Source: Alphaproteobacteria bacterium (GTDB lineage Bacteria > Pseudomonadota > Alphaproteobacteria > UBA9219). Taken from it: DNA of 64,000 bases. Position 1 is the first letter of the stretch, and the number at the start of each line of letters is the position of its first letter. The notes beneath the pieces were generated by a model. The model was given only the letters and a program-made list of their open reading frames with translations, searched no databases and was not told where the DNA came from. The position numbers and the translations under genes are program-made. The stretch covers positions 300 through 64,299 of the forward strand of contig JAQVZU010000002.1 of assembly GCA_028708035.1 (NCBI GenBank), written 5' to 3'. Below, one piece after another: positions 1 to 9,776 of the stretch.

Positions 1-195
1 TTGAGCAAAACATAAAGCAAGGACCGTTTCTGCATTCTTGCGTCGCTTATATTCGGCCATGAAGTGCACGTCGTTTTTATCGTCCCACGTTGAGGGATTC
101 AGTAGCGTAATGCATCGACTGCTCAGGATATGTATTGTCGCCGCTAGATTTGTATAACGCCGAAAAGAAACCTGTCCCATAGTTTGCCGCCTCCT

Positions 196-3100
196 TTAAT
201 GACCCACAGCCTTTTTCCCTTCGCACATAAGTAATGTGTTGCCTTTTTGGCAAAGCCGTTCTTGCGTTAGCAAATCCTGAATTTGTGCTTCGATAACTTC
301 GCGCAACTGTGCGCTGGACGATTTAAAGCCGAACAAACGCAAAATCTCCGTTGGGAGCTGCTCTCGTTCCGCCCCGAAGTTTGTTTCGATTACGGTCAGA
401 ACAGCCTTTTTAATTTCACTGGGTGGCAGGTTCTCCGGCTTTTTTAGGCCAAGAGACGAAACGGCTCCGCGATCTCTAACCTTTATCTCCGCATCTTGTT
501 TGAAATAAAACTCCCCGTCTTTTGCGACAAGATTGCGCCGAACCGCATGGGCTAACCCCGCTTTTACTTTGTCCTGTATGCGACTACCCGCGCGACCAAG
601 ATTCCATAAGGTCCGAACACGGGTAATAATTTCGCTTTCATGGACCGGCATTTCGGCTTCGACAATCTTTGCAACAATCTCTGCCATTTCATTATCCCCC
701 AATTCATGCGGTTCACGATGAGACGGAACGGGGACAACGGCTTCTTGATATGGAACCGATAGGCTTTTCTCTCCGACGCTTACAAGAACATTGAGCATGT
801 TTCCGTCGTCGTAAGAGACGATCTCAAAAACCTGCTTTGCTTTTGGCCTTTCGTCTTCCTGTTCTTGTGCAACAAGGTTTTTCTTGGCCTGTTCTACTGC
901 GGCTACGGTCTTTTCGAGCTGTTCATTGGGCCGCCGAAACCAGTCCGTACTCCATATACGATGGATTATCCATCCATGGTCTTCAAGAACCGCCTGTCTC
1001 AACCTGTCGCGATCACGAGCAGAACGGGAACTATGATAACTTGCGCCGTCGCACTCAATGCCAAGGACAAAGCGTCCGGGTTTTTCGGGATCGACTATTC
1101 CGAGATCAACAAAGAACCCGGCAATTCCAATCTGGGTTTTAACGTCGTACCCGCGCGTCCGCAAAGCGGCGGCAACTTGTTCTTCGAAAACCGAGTCCGC
1201 TTCACGTTCCGTTGTGCGTCCAAAATCAAGCTTGCCCGTCTGTGCAAACTTCAAGAAGAGTTTAAGGGACGAAACGCCTGCGCCCTTTGCTCTTTCCAAA
1301 TCTATGTCGTCGGCAGTAATCGAAGAAAAAAGCTCACACCGACGCTTTGCGCGAGAAATCAAAACGTTTAAGCGACGCTCGCCGCCCTCTGAGCTAAGGG
1401 GGCCAAAACGCATTGCCATATAGCCGCTTGAATTGCGCCCATAGCCGACAGAAATAAAGATTACGTCGCGTTCGTCGCCCTGAATATTTTCGAGGTTCTT
1501 AACAAAAAATGGTTCGTCGATATGCGCCTGTGTAAAGAAAGTCTCCGTTTCCGGGTGCATACGGCGTAAGAGTTCAAGCTCATCGATAATCGCCTGTTTC
1601 TGTTTGATCGAAAAAGTTCCCACGCCGAGGGATAAATGCGGATAATCCTTCGCGTGTTGAATTACCGCTTTAGCTACGGCCTTGGCTTCTTGCGGATTCG
1701 TTGCCGTACCGCCGCTATCGAATGTTGCCTGCGGAAGATAATTGAACTTCAACCCCATGCCCGAAGCCGCATCATAGGGGCTGGGAATGATAAAGAGGCG
1801 ATTTTCGTAAAATTCGCGATTGGATACAGCAATTAACGACTGGTGTCTGCTCCGGTAATGCCATCGCAGCATGCTTTGTGGGAAACCCCGTGCCACGCAT
1901 AGGTTGAGAACGCTTTCAACATCTTGCACCGCAAGCGCAGCGTTGTCGTCATCATCGTTATCGTTTGCATTGTCGGTCACACGTGAAAAGAACTTTGTCG
2001 GAGGTAATTGGCGCGAGTCGCCAACAACGACAATTTGTTTCGCACGGGCAATCGCGCCAAGCGCATCGACAGGCTCAACCTGACTGGCTTCGTCCATAAC
2101 AAGCAAATCAAAAGTCATTGATCCCGGTTCAAGAAATTGAGCGACGGAAAGAGGACTCATCATAAAGACCGGCTTAATGGCTTGAATGGCAAGACCGGCA
2201 TGTTTAAGCAATTGACGGATGGGAAGGTGATTGCGCTTCTTTGAAATCTCCCCATTCAAGATTCCAAGTGCGCCGATGCCCCCTTCGCTTCGCGGCAACG
2301 AATTATAGTGTTTCTGTCGAATTTCAATTCTAGCCTGTTCGATCCGATGCAAATCATTAGCGCGGAAATTTTCAACCAAATTGGCATGAAGTTCGCCATC
2401 AAATTCCCGCAATAGCGGATGCTCCGTAAACACGACTTCCGTTAAAGTATCGTAATAAGCCCGCTCGAAAACGTCGTGCGCCTCATCCGGCAGCAAAGTT
2501 CCTTTCCACAACCTCTCGCCAAGGGTACGAAGCCCGCCTTCGCATATCGCATCGTATCGACCATTAAATGAAATCCACTTGGAAAGGGATTCCGTATTCC
2601 TTGCCCAACTCGTTAGCCTTTCGTGCAAAGCGTCCCGGTTAATTGCTTCGACGGTCGAAACGTCAAACGCAGCGCGTACATCGAGCTGCAAAGTCCTGAA
2701 CAATTCAGACAATTTAGAGAAAAACTCCGGCAATAGCTTTTCCAAGCTAGAGGCCGGGACGCTAAGCGTGGGGGCATTTTCAATCTTCGAACAAGAGACA
2801 AGAAAATCATTCGGGGATAAAGTATCGGGAACGGATTTTCTCCATGCAAGAACGTTATCGAGTTTTGCCCAGTCGGAATGGGTGCCTTGCCACAGTTTCC
2901 CAAAAGCTTTTCGTCCGGCCTCATCATGCTCTTTTAGAAGTGCAGCTAGTTGTTGCGCGGAGATTATGTCGTCGGCAAAAGCTAAGCGGTCTTCGTATTT
3001 TTTTGGCAGGGGGCCGGATGCAATCGAGGTCAACAGAACTATTGCCTGTCGATACGAGGGGAAGAAGACTCGAAGAAATGACTTTCCATGCAAAGCGATT

Positions 3101-5025
3101 TGTGTTCTGCATCCCGTAAGGTCGGTGCTCCACGCCAGTTGCGTCGCGTCTTTTGCAAGCCTTTCTGCCAAAGCCGAATATTTGCAACCGCTTTGGACAA
3201 TATCCCCAAGCAAAGAAAGGCCGTTTTGCCACAACGAGTCCCCAAACGCGGAAATGTCCGCTTCCGGTAAATTCGATGCCGCCTTTGCCGCACTCGCGGC
3301 GACATTAAGGGAGTGAAGGGTGCTTTCGGTTGAAGGTATTTTTTGTTCGACCTCGACGGCATTATTTAGGATGGCCTCGAACAGGTTTTGAAGGTCCGAT
3401 AGGCTGTCACAAAGACGATCATATTCGTTGGGCAACAACTGCGAACGACGAACGCCGCGCCAAGGATGTTGCACGGGAAAGCCGATTTCTTTGATTCTGG
3501 CTGTTATATCGGCGAGGCGCTCTTTTTTGTCCTTTTTGTCGGCGGCAGACCAATTTTCAGGACATTCTAGAACGACGCCGCGAACGTCGATCTTGTTTTG
3601 TCGAAGACGAACGGATTCCCCAATAATCTGATAGGCCGTCAATCCCGAAGGCTGGTGTTGCTGGTGTAGAACTTTTGCGTGTTCATTGAGCTTATTTCGA
3701 AGGGAGGCCAGTTGAGCAAGCGTTTCTTGTCCGTTGCAGTTTTTGGGTCGCCCGATTTCGCGGGTGCGCTGGATTTCTTCGAGAACCGCCCGTTTGTTGG
3801 ACTTATTGCTATGAAGTTCAAGACAAAGGGAGCCAAGGCCAATATTCGTCATGCGGCGGAAGACGACTTCCAAAGCAGACATTTTTTCTGCAACAAATAA
3901 AACTTTTTTACCGTCCGCAACCGCGTTAGCGATTATGTTCGTAATTGTTTGGGATTTTCCTGTCCCCGGCGGTCCTTGAATGACCAAGTTTCTTCCGCGA
4001 CGCACTTCTTCAATCGCAAGCGCCTGAGAACTGTCGGCGTCCATGACATGTAGGATTCGTTCCGGCGGTAAAAATTGGTCTATATTTTCGTCTTCGCCGA
4101 TCATACCGTCCGTTACAGGGAACCCATCGGTAAGCAATCCTGCAACAAGCGCGTTTTTGTCAATCTTCCCGTCGTCGGGCCAAACTTCCGGGGCAAGATC
4201 ACGGTACATAAGAAATTTAGCGAATGAAAAGAAGCCAAGAACCATATCGTCTTCGATAACTTCAAATCGTTTGTGTGCCTCAACCGCCATTCGAATGGAG
4301 TTCATAAAGGCAGAAATGTCGAGTTCGTCGGTTTGAGGCAAATCGGGCAAAACAAGGCCGAATTCAGCTTTTAACTTAGCTTGCAACGAAAGGTTCGCTG
4401 CGCAATCTTCATTGCGCCAACGCAATTTGAATTTCTGTGCGGCGTTTCCACGATCAAGGGTTACCGGTACTAAAAACAACGGCGCATAACGCGCTTCATC
4501 GGAGCTTTCCGCTTCGAACCACTTCAACATCCCTATAGCGAGATAGAGAATGTTGACGCCCTGTTCCTCTTCAAAGGTTCGTGCATCATAATAAAGGGAA
4601 AGAAGGCGCTTTTGTAAACCTTCCGAAGTCAGCAAAGTTTGCAACCGATGATCTTGGTGACGTTGGGCAACGCCATTTTCGGAAACCTCATCATCTTCCG
4701 GTTGGGGCAACTCTCCAAAATCATCGTCTTCTTGAGGTTGCGCTGCGGGGTCAATGTTTGTATCCACTGCCGCCTTTTGCTTCTCCCTTCCCGGAAGAAA
4801 GGTCAGGGTTTTCCCTTCGGATACCAATAAACGATAGGTTTCCGTGGCTTTCTCGTCGCAGATTTCTATTGTTTTGGCGCTTTTCTTCTGTCTGGGAACG
4901 TTGAGAAGCCTATTTCTTAAAGACAAATCAAGAAGAGCCTGACGGCTTGTTTCAAGTTGCGCTGCGACAGTTGCCATTTGTTTTCCGCCTTGCCGATCAT
5001 TCCGAGAAAGGAATGATAGCGCCAT
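196..5025 (-). CDS. Large multidomain SF1 (Upf1-like) helicase with an N-terminal DUF4011 region, split AAA_11/AAA_12 helicase core, a DUF559/Vsr-like PD-(D/E)xK endonuclease-like domain and C-terminal DUF3320
   Basis: 1609-aa ORF with ATG start. Walker A is GPPGTGKSQT and Walker B is LLVMDEASQ. C-proximal helicase motifs SLIAVSNREFYENRL and VIFISVGYGRNS are present. The following region GIECDGASYHS...DRLRQAVLEDHGWIIHRIWSTDWF is typical of DUF559 REase-like domains, and the N-terminal LYLAIGMLKW...PLFLVPVTL block is typical of DUF4011. Confidence 0.8.
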   Translation of the reverse strand: MALSFLSRNDRQGGKQMATVAAQLETSRQALLDLSLRNRLLNVPRQKKSAKTIEICDEKATETYRLLVSEGKTLTFLPGREKQKAAVDTNIDPAAQPQEDDDFGELPQPEDDEVSENGVAQRHQDHRLQTLLTSEGLQKRLLSLYYDARTFEEEQGVNILYLAIGMLKWFEAESSDEARYAPLFLVPVTLDRGNAAQKFKLRWRNEDCAANLSLQAKLKAEFGLVLPDLPQTDELDISAFMNSIRMAVEAHKRFEVIEDDMVLGFFSFAKFLMYRDLAPEVWPDDGKIDKNALVAGLLTDGFPVTDGMIGEDENIDQFLPPERILHVMDADSSQALAIEEVRRGRNLVIQGPPGTGKSQTITNIIANAVADGKKVLFVAEKMSALEVVFRRMTNIGLGSLCLELHSNKSNKRAVLEEIQRTREIGRPKNCNGQETLAQLASLRNKLNEHAKVLHQQHQPSGLTAYQIIGESVRLRQNKIDVRGVVLECPENWSAADKKDKKERLADITARIKEIGFPVQHPWRGVRRSQLLPNEYDRLCDSLSDLQNLFEAILNNAVEVEQKIPSTESTLHSLNVAASAAKAASNLPEADISAFGDSLWQNGLSLLGDIVQSGCKYSALAERLAKDATQLAWSTDLTGCRTQIALHGKSFLRVFFPSYRQAIVLLTSIASGPLPKKYEDRLAFADDIISAQQLAALLKEHDEAGRKAFGKLWQGTHSDWAKLDNVLAWRKSVPDTLSPNDFLVSCSKIENAPTLSVPASSLEKLLPEFFSKLSELFRTLQLDVRAAFDVSTVEAINRDALHERLTSWARNTESLSKWISFNGRYDAICEGGLRTLGERLWKGTLLPDEAHDVFERAYYDTLTEVVFTEHPLLREFDGELHANLVENFRANDLHRIEQARIEIRQKHYNSLPRSEGGIGALGILNGEISKKRNHLPIRQLLKHAGLAIQAIKPVFMMSPLSVAQFLEPGSMTFDLLVMDEASQVEPVDALGAIARAKQIVVVGDSRQLPPTKFFSRVTDNANDNDDDDNAALAVQDVESVLNLCVARGFPQSMLRWHYRSRHQSLIAVSNREFYENRLFIIPSPYDAASGMGLKFNYLPQATFDSGGTATNPQEAKAVAKAVIQHAKDYPHLSLGVGTFSIKQKQAIIDELELLRRMHPETETFFTQAHIDEPFFVKNLENIQGDERDVIFISVGYGRNSSGYMAMRFGPLSSEGGERRLNVLISRAKRRCELFSSITADDIDLERAKGAGVSSLKLFLKFAQTGKLDFGRTTEREADSVFEEQVAAALRTRGYDVKTQIGIAGFFVDLGIVDPEKPGRFVLGIECDGASYHSSRSARDRDRLRQAVLEDHGWIIHRIWSTDWFRRPNEQLEKTVAAVEQAKKNLVAQEQEDERPKAKQVFEIVSYDDGNMLNVLVSVGEKSLSVPYQEAVVPVPSHREPHELGDNEMAEIVAKIVEAEMPVHESEIITRVRTLWNLGRAGSRIQDKVKAGLAHAVRRNLVAKDGEFYFKQDAEIKVRDRGAVSSLGLKKPENLPPSEIKKAVLTVIETNFGAEREQLPTEILRLFGFKSSSAQLREVIEAQIQDLLTQERLCQKGNTLLMCEGKKAVGH

Positions 5026-5127
5026 ATTGTTTCAAGCTCAATCCATGGTTGAGGCGGCCCAAAATATGGATGCCGATCTATTTTTGGGGTGGAGAATGAG
5101 GGAAAAGGGCCTCGGCGAGTTATCTTA

Positions 5128-5199
5128 GCGGGCGAGGGGGATTTGAACCCCCATCATCCCGATCTTCAATCGGACGCTCTACCGTTGAGCTAGCGCCTG
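5128..5199 (-). tRNA. Probable tRNA-Phe (anticodon GAA); the acceptor stem as read has two mismatches
   Basis: Minus-strand sequence shows a D-arm TAGCTCAACGGTAGAGC, an anticodon stem-loop TCCGA-TTGAAGA-TCGGG (anticodon GAA) and a T-arm GGGGG-TTCAAAT-CCCCC. CCA is not encoded. Acceptor 5' CAGGCGC pairs imperfectly with 3' TCGCCCG. Confidence 0.6.
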
Positions 5200-5397
5200 A
5201 CAGTAAGATCGAGATAGGTCGGGTTCTCAAAGATACAAGGGGAGAAAACGAAAATCTTGACTGTTCACGCCGATTGCCGGAGCTTGTCTTCATTCGGCTT
5301 TTAAGGCCGCTAACTACCTAGGTACTACCTGAGACGGTGAAAACGGTTTTGGGAAAAAGAAGGGTCTGGACTAAGTCCATACACCACTTGAAGAAAG

Positions 5398-5472
5398 TGG
5401 TGGGTGCGACAGGGATTGAACCTGTGACCCCTACCGTGTGAAGGTAATGCTCTCCCGCTGAGCTACGCACCC
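5398..5472 (-). tRNA. tRNA-Val (anticodon CAC), CCA encoded
   Basis: Minus-strand GGGTGCG-TA-GCTCAGCGGGAGAGC-A-TTACC-TTCACAC-GGTAG-GGGTC-ACAGG-TTCAATC-CCTGT-CGCACCC-A-CCA forms a canonical cloverleaf with a perfect 7-bp acceptor stem. Confidence 0.85.
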
Positions 5473-5560
5473 GTTGCCAAACATTAAAGACAAAGTCTGG
5501 CCGGATTTCCACCATTTCCGAACAAGCGCAAATAGCTTCTTTGCATGCGCAGGTCAAGAA

Positions 5561-5604
5561 CATCAAAATAGAAAAACGCCGCCCTCCGGTCCCGAAGGCG
5601 GCGT
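5561..5604 (-). terminator. Intrinsic terminator downstream of phaB
   Basis: GC-rich hairpin ACGCCGCC...GGCGGCGT followed on the minus strand by TTTTTCTATTTT. Confidence 0.6.
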
Positions 5605-5627
5605 TTTGCTTCTTTTCTTGCCCTGTT

Positions 5628-6356
5628 TTAGGCGAAGTACTGCCCACCATTGATGGAGAAGGTTGCCCCTGTGGCAAATGCCGCTTTGTCGGAAGCAAGG
5701 AACAAAACCATTGAAGCAATCTCATCGGCCTTGCCGAGCCGCTTTACCGGTATCTTTTCCACGATCTTTGCCAAAACTTCAGGCGGAACCGCTCGAACCA
5801 TTTCGGTTTCGATATACCCCGGCGCGATGGCATTAACTGTGATGCCCTTGCTCGCAGACTCTTGAGCCAACGCTTTGGTGAAGCCAAGGATGCCTGCCTT
5901 GGCAGCCGCATAGTTCGTTTGCCCGACCTGGCCCGACTGCCCGTTAATCGAACTGATGTTGATAATGCGCCCGAACCCGCGCTCGCGCATCCCTTCGATC
6001 ACACATCGGCACATATTGAACACAGAGTCCAGATTTGTCTGAACGACTTCATGCCAATGCTTCGGCGTAGTCTTATGCAGAAACCCGTCGCGTGTGATGC
6101 CGGCATTGTTGACAAGAATGTCGATCGGGCCAAGCTCATCGGAGATCTTTTTGATGTTTTCGTTACAGGCATCAAAGCTGCCGACGTCGAACTTGAACGC
6201 CGGTATCCCCGTCTTTTCCGTAAACTTCTTGGCTGCGTCATCGTTGCCCGCATAGGTCGCCGCGACTTTATATCCGGCCTTGTCCAGAGCCTCGCAGATC
6301 GCCGCGCCGATCCCGCGCGTTCCGCCTGTCACTACCGCCACTTTGCTCATGTCCAT
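5628..6356 (-). CDS. phaB: Acetoacetyl-CoA reductase (SDR family, PhaB-like)
   Basis: Has the SDR cofactor motif VAVVTGGTRGIG, the NNAG motif, a YAAAKAG catalytic region and a PGYIETEM segment. It lies directly downstream of a thiolase gene. Start taken at MDMSKV; the ORF track extends further upstream. Confidence 0.85.
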   Translation of the reverse strand: MDMSKVAVVTGGTRGIGAAICEALDKAGYKVAATYAGNDDAAKKFTEKTGIPAFKFDVGSFDACNENIKKISDELGPIDILVNNAGITRDGFLHKTTPKHWHEVVQTNLDSVFNMCRCVIEGMRERGFGRIINISSINGQSGQVGQTNYAAAKAGILGFTKALAQESASKGITVNAIAPGYIETEMVRAVPPEVLAKIVEKIPVKRLGKADEIASMVLFLASDKAAFATGATFSINGGQYFA

Positions 6357-6363
6357 CTCCATA

Positions 6364-6420
6364 AAAAGATTGAAAAAGTCAAGTCTAAGACCAAGGCTCA
6401 GGCTTTCCCGAGCCTTGGTC
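6364..6420 (-). terminator. Hairpin/terminator between phaA and phaB
   Basis: Perfect 11-bp inverted repeat GACCAAGGCTC/GAGCCTTGGTC (6389-6420), followed on the minus strand by TTAGACTTGACTTTTTC. Confidence 0.5.
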
Positions 6421-6428
6421 TCCAAGCA

Positions 6429-7604
6429 CTATCTCTCGACACACATCGCGATACCCATGCCTCCGCCGATGCACAGCGTGGCAAGGCCTTTTTTGACGTT
6501 ACGCTTCTGCATTTCATGCAAAAGGGTCACGAGAATGCGCGCTCCCGATGCGCCGATAGGATGACCTAACGCCACAGCGCCGCCGTTGACGTTGACCTTC
6601 GATGTATCCCAGCCCATTTCCTTGTTAACCGCGCAAGCCTGGGACGCGAACGCTTCATTGGCCTCGATAAGATCGAGGTCGCCGACCTTCCACCCCGCTT
6701 TTTGTAGCGCTTTGCGGCTAGAGGGGATCGGCCCCGTTCCCATAATCGCCGGATCGACTCCTTCCGTCGCCCACGAGACAATCCGCGCCAGCGGCGTAAT
6801 CCCCCGCTTGGCCGCATCTTCTTCGGTCATCAAAACAACTGCCGCCGCACCGTCATTGATCGACGAAGCGTTGCCCGCCGTCACGGTCCCGTCCTTCTTG
6901 AAAGCGGGCCTGAGCTTGGCCAACCCTTCAAGAGTCGTCCCTGCGCGTGGATTTTCGTCCGTGTCGAAAGTCACGTCGCCCTTCTTGCCCTTGATAACGA
7001 CCGGAACAATCTCGTCCTTGAACCGGCCAGACTTAATCGCTGCTTCGGCCTTCGCCTGAGATGCAACCGAAAACTCGTCCTGCATTTCGCGCGTAATGCC
7101 AAACTTGGTTGCGACGTTTTCTGCCGTGATGCCCATGTGGTAATTATTGAAGATGTCCCACAGTCCATCACGGACCATTGTGTCAATCATCTCGGCATTG
7201 CCCAACTTAGTGGGCTGGCGAAGCAGAAGAGCGTGCGGGGCAAGGCTCATGCTTTCCATGCCGCCCGCGACGACGATTGAGGAGTCGCCCGCCTTGATCG
7301 ACATAAAACCATTGGCAACCGCGCGAAGACCAGATCCGCAAATCTGGTTAACGGCATAGGCGGGGCGTTCGACCGGGATGCCTGCATTGACCGCCGCAAA
7401 ACGAGCCGGACCTTGGCCTTGAGCCGCCCCCAAGACGTTGCCAAGAACAGTTTCAGATACTTCATTGGGTGCTGTTTTTGCGCGCGCCAATGCCTCTTTA
7501 ATACATAGGGTAGCAAGAGCTGAAGCGGTAAGAGAGGAGAGCCCGCCATTTAAGGTACCGATAGCCGTTCTTGCGGCTCCGGCGATCACAATAGAAGATG
7601 CCAT
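6429..7604 (-). CDS. phaA: Acetyl-CoA C-acetyltransferase (beta-ketothiolase)
   Basis: 391-aa thiolase with N-terminal [12 protein letters not shown], the active-site region [10 protein letters not shown] and C-terminal [18 protein letters not shown]. Confidence 0.9.
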   Translation of the reverse strand: MASSIVIAGAARTAIGTLNGGLSSLTASALATLCIKEALARAKTAPNEVSETVLGNVLGAAQGQGPARFAAVNAGIPVERPAYAVNQICGSGLRAVANGFMSIKAGDSSIVVAGGMESMSLAPHALLLRQPTKLGNAEMIDTMVRDGLWDIFNNYHMGITAENVATKFGITREMQDEFSVASQAKAEAAIKSGRFKDEIVPVVIKGKKGDVTFDTDENPRAGTTLEGLAKLRPAFKKDGTVTAGNASSINDGAAAVVLMTEEDAAKRGITPLARIVSWATEGVDPAIMGTGPIPSSRKALQKAGWKVGDLDLIEANEAFASQACAVNKEMGWDTSKVNVNGGAVALGHPIGASGARILVTLLHEMQKRNVKKGLATLCIGGGMGIAMCVER

Positions 7605-7832
7605 TTTGTGTATCCTTGAGAAAGGGAAAGGAAGGAGATGTCACAGTAGGGCCGCGTGTAGAGCTAATCAAGAGAGTAGAAGTGCAGCGCACAAGGAGCT
7701 TGCAGCAATCATCAACTGGGAAAATTTCTTAGGCATCTTAATTCATAACCCAGTCTCTTTTTTAACCCGATTGACCAAACCGCTAACCCATATTAGATTT
7801 TAAAGAATCAGTTCTTCAGAGGAGTATGCGCC

Positions 7833-8150
7833 ATGACTGAAACGACCGTAACCCGCGCGCAATTAGCGGAAGCTGTTTTCACGGAAGTTGGTTTATCGCG
7901 CAATGATTCAGCCAAGCTGGTTGATGAAATTCTGGAAAAGATTAGCGTCGCTCTCATCGAAGGAGGATCTGTTAAACTGTCATCGTTCGGCAGCTTCCAG
8001 GTGCGCAGCAAAGGCCAACGCGTTGGACGCAATCCCAAAACCGGCGAAGAAGTTCCGATCAAGCCGCGCCGCGTTTTGATTTTCCGCGCTAGCCATGTGC
8101 TGAAAGACAAGATTAATCACGCTCTTCTTGGAACAAAGGGTGAAGCATGA
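7833..8150 (+). CDS. ihfA: Integration host factor alpha subunit
   Basis: 105-aa HU/IHF-fold protein with the IHF-alpha signature [17 protein letters not shown]. It is followed by a MerR gene, the ihfA-merR pairing conserved in alphaproteobacteria. Confidence 0.8.
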   Translation: MTETTVTRAQLAEAVFTEVGLSRNDSAKLVDEILEKISVALIEGGSVKLSSFGSFQVRSKGQRVGRNPKTGEEVPIKPRRVLIFRASHVLKDKINHALLGTKGEA

Positions 8151-8644
8151 GCGAAGGACTGTTCTCAACTTCGGCGGAGCAGAGGCCTTCTTTGCCTCTT
8201 TCGACTGAAACCAAATCGCCGACTGCCTTCCGGACGATTAGTGAAGTGGCAGAGGGACTTTCTCTGCCTCAGCATGTCTTACGTTTCTGGGAAAGCAAGT
8301 TTCAGCAGATCAAACCGCTTAAGCGCGGCGGGGGGCGACGTTATTACCGTCCGGAAGATATCCTCATACTCCATGACATCAAGGACCTGCTTTACAATCA
8401 GGGATTCACGATTCGGGGCGTCCAAAAGCTGTTGAAAGAAAACGGAGCTGCCTCGATAGCGCGAGCAACAGCTCAGATTCCCACCACGATTCAGACGACG
8501 GCCCAACAGATGGCGGCAACGCAGATTGTAAAAACACAGCCTCATCAGGTTTCCGAGCTAACGATTGAAAAGCGTCGCGAAATCGAGGGCCTTCTCGCGG
8601 AACTAAAGTCCATTCGCAAGGTTCTCGCCCAAAGTGGTTTCTAG
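8147..8644 (+). CDS. MerR-family transcriptional regulator
   Basis: MerR-type HTH region [22 protein letters not shown]. Its start overlaps the ihfA stop by 4 bp. Confidence 0.75.
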   Translation: MSEGLFSTSAEQRPSLPLSTETKSPTAFRTISEVAEGLSLPQHVLRFWESKFQQIKPLKRGGGRRYYRPEDILILHDIKDLLYNQGFTIRGVQKLLKENGAASIARATAQIPTTIQTTAQQMAATQIVKTQPHQVSELTIEKRREIEGLLAELKSIRKVLAQSGF

Positions 8645-8691
8645 AGACCGCTTAAGCCGGGATATGGTGACTCTAATGCTAAATTATGATT

Positions 8692-9168
8692 TTATCCGCC
8701 CGCATATTGCGGCATGGCTTTCCAACTTCCGTCCTGTTGCTGGCACGCTATGCTACGGCCCTGTTTCTGTATACCTTCGACCGTGACTGTTTGGCGAAAT
8801 TCACGGCAAAAAGACCCGCTGCTATCGTAGGCATCGCGCACAGCAACGATGGTTCCCGAATTTCCCGTTGAGGGGCTTATCCATGTTACCATTTGGCCTG
8901 ATGGGGCATTGGTGACTCTTTTTTCGGCCTGTTGATTTTTAACCCTATCTAAATCATTCATTGACGCGTTAATCTCGGGACTGGCCCAAGCGCCTAAAAG
9001 AATTCCAAGATCCGCCTTCGGCTTGCGGATAAGCGTTTTTCCGGGAGCAACGCCTGCGGCAGGGGCTAAGTCGGCCATTGGCAAGGTTTTGGGCTCTTCA
9101 GGAGCCATCTTGCATGACGTCAACGCAAACGGCAACACGAAGACCGCTATGGCAATTTTTCGGATCAT
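8692..9168 (-). CDS. Putative lipoprotein
   Basis: MIRKIAIAVFVLPFALTSC is a signal peptide with a lipobox (LTS-C). The ORF track's longer N-terminal extension is antisense to ybeY and was trimmed. Confidence 0.55.
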   Translation of the reverse strand: MIRKIAIAVFVLPFALTSCKMAPEEPKTLPMADLAPAAGVAPGKTLIRKPKADLGILLGAWASPEINASMNDLDRVKNQQAEKRVTNAPSGQMVTWISPSTGNSGTIVAVRDAYDSSGSFCREFRQTVTVEGIQKQGRSIACQQQDGSWKAMPQYAGG

Positions 9169-9266
9169 TTGTAAGAAAGGAAAGCAAGGATATTGGACAC
9201 AAGTACACCCAAAGATAAACTTTGCGCAAGGATGCGATGCGTAATAATGTGTTCTACGTGGCAGAT

Positions 9267-9773
9267 ATGACAATACTATTAAATTTCCTGACAGAAGAAA
9301 AAAAGTGGCTTCGCCTTCCCCGTCTTCGCGTAAAGCTGCAAGCGGCGGCAAGCGCAACGGCAAAATATCTTGGTGCTTCGCTCCAGGCGAAGGCTTCGGC
9401 GACAATACTTTTGACTGGCGATGCGGCGGTAAAACGCCTGAATGCGGATTTCCGCGGAATCGATAAGGCGACGAACGTCTTGTCCTTCCCGCAGCATGAG
9501 CCTGCGCGCGTTCGCCGATTAGCAAAAAAAAAGGCCGCGCTCGAGCTTGGCGATATCGCGCTTGCATACCGCTTTACATTCCTTGAGGCAAAAGACGAGG
9601 GGAAAAAGGTGCCCGATCACGCGGTTCATTTGGGCATCCATGGCCTTTTGCATCTCATGGGCTATAATCATGAAACTGAGGCAACGGCAAGGAAGATGGA
9701 GAAAGCCGAAATAGAGATTATGGCGTCCCTCGGACTGCCCGACCCTTACACAGACTCCCGTACAACTAAGTAG
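9267..9773 (+). CDS. ybeY: rRNA maturation endoribonuclease YbeY
   Basis: Carries the metal-binding motif HGLLHLMGYNHE that is characteristic of YbeY. It is followed by corC as in the conserved ybeY-corC cluster. Confidence 0.85.
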   Translation: MTILLNFLTEEKKWLRLPRLRVKLQAAASATAKYLGASLQAKASATILLTGDAAVKRLNADFRGIDKATNVLSFPQHEPARVRRLAKKKAALELGDIALAYRFTFLEAKDEGKKVPDHAVHLGIHGLLHLMGYNHETEATARKMEKAEIEIMASLGLPDPYTDSRTTK

Positions 9774-9776
9774 GCC

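Noticed and set aside
5318-5725. 135-aa minus-strand ORF spanning the two tRNA genes and the phaB 3' end
   Set aside because: It overlaps the tRNA-Val gene and the phaB terminator, is Pro/Gly-rich and of low complexity, and has no start context. It is a spurious read-through ORF.
9169-9567. N-terminal 133 aa of the 291-aa ORF track entry 8692-9567
   Set aside because: This part is antisense to the well-supported ybeY 5' region and is Arg/Pro-rich junk. The real lipoprotein start is the internal MIRKIAIAV, with its signal peptide, at 9168.
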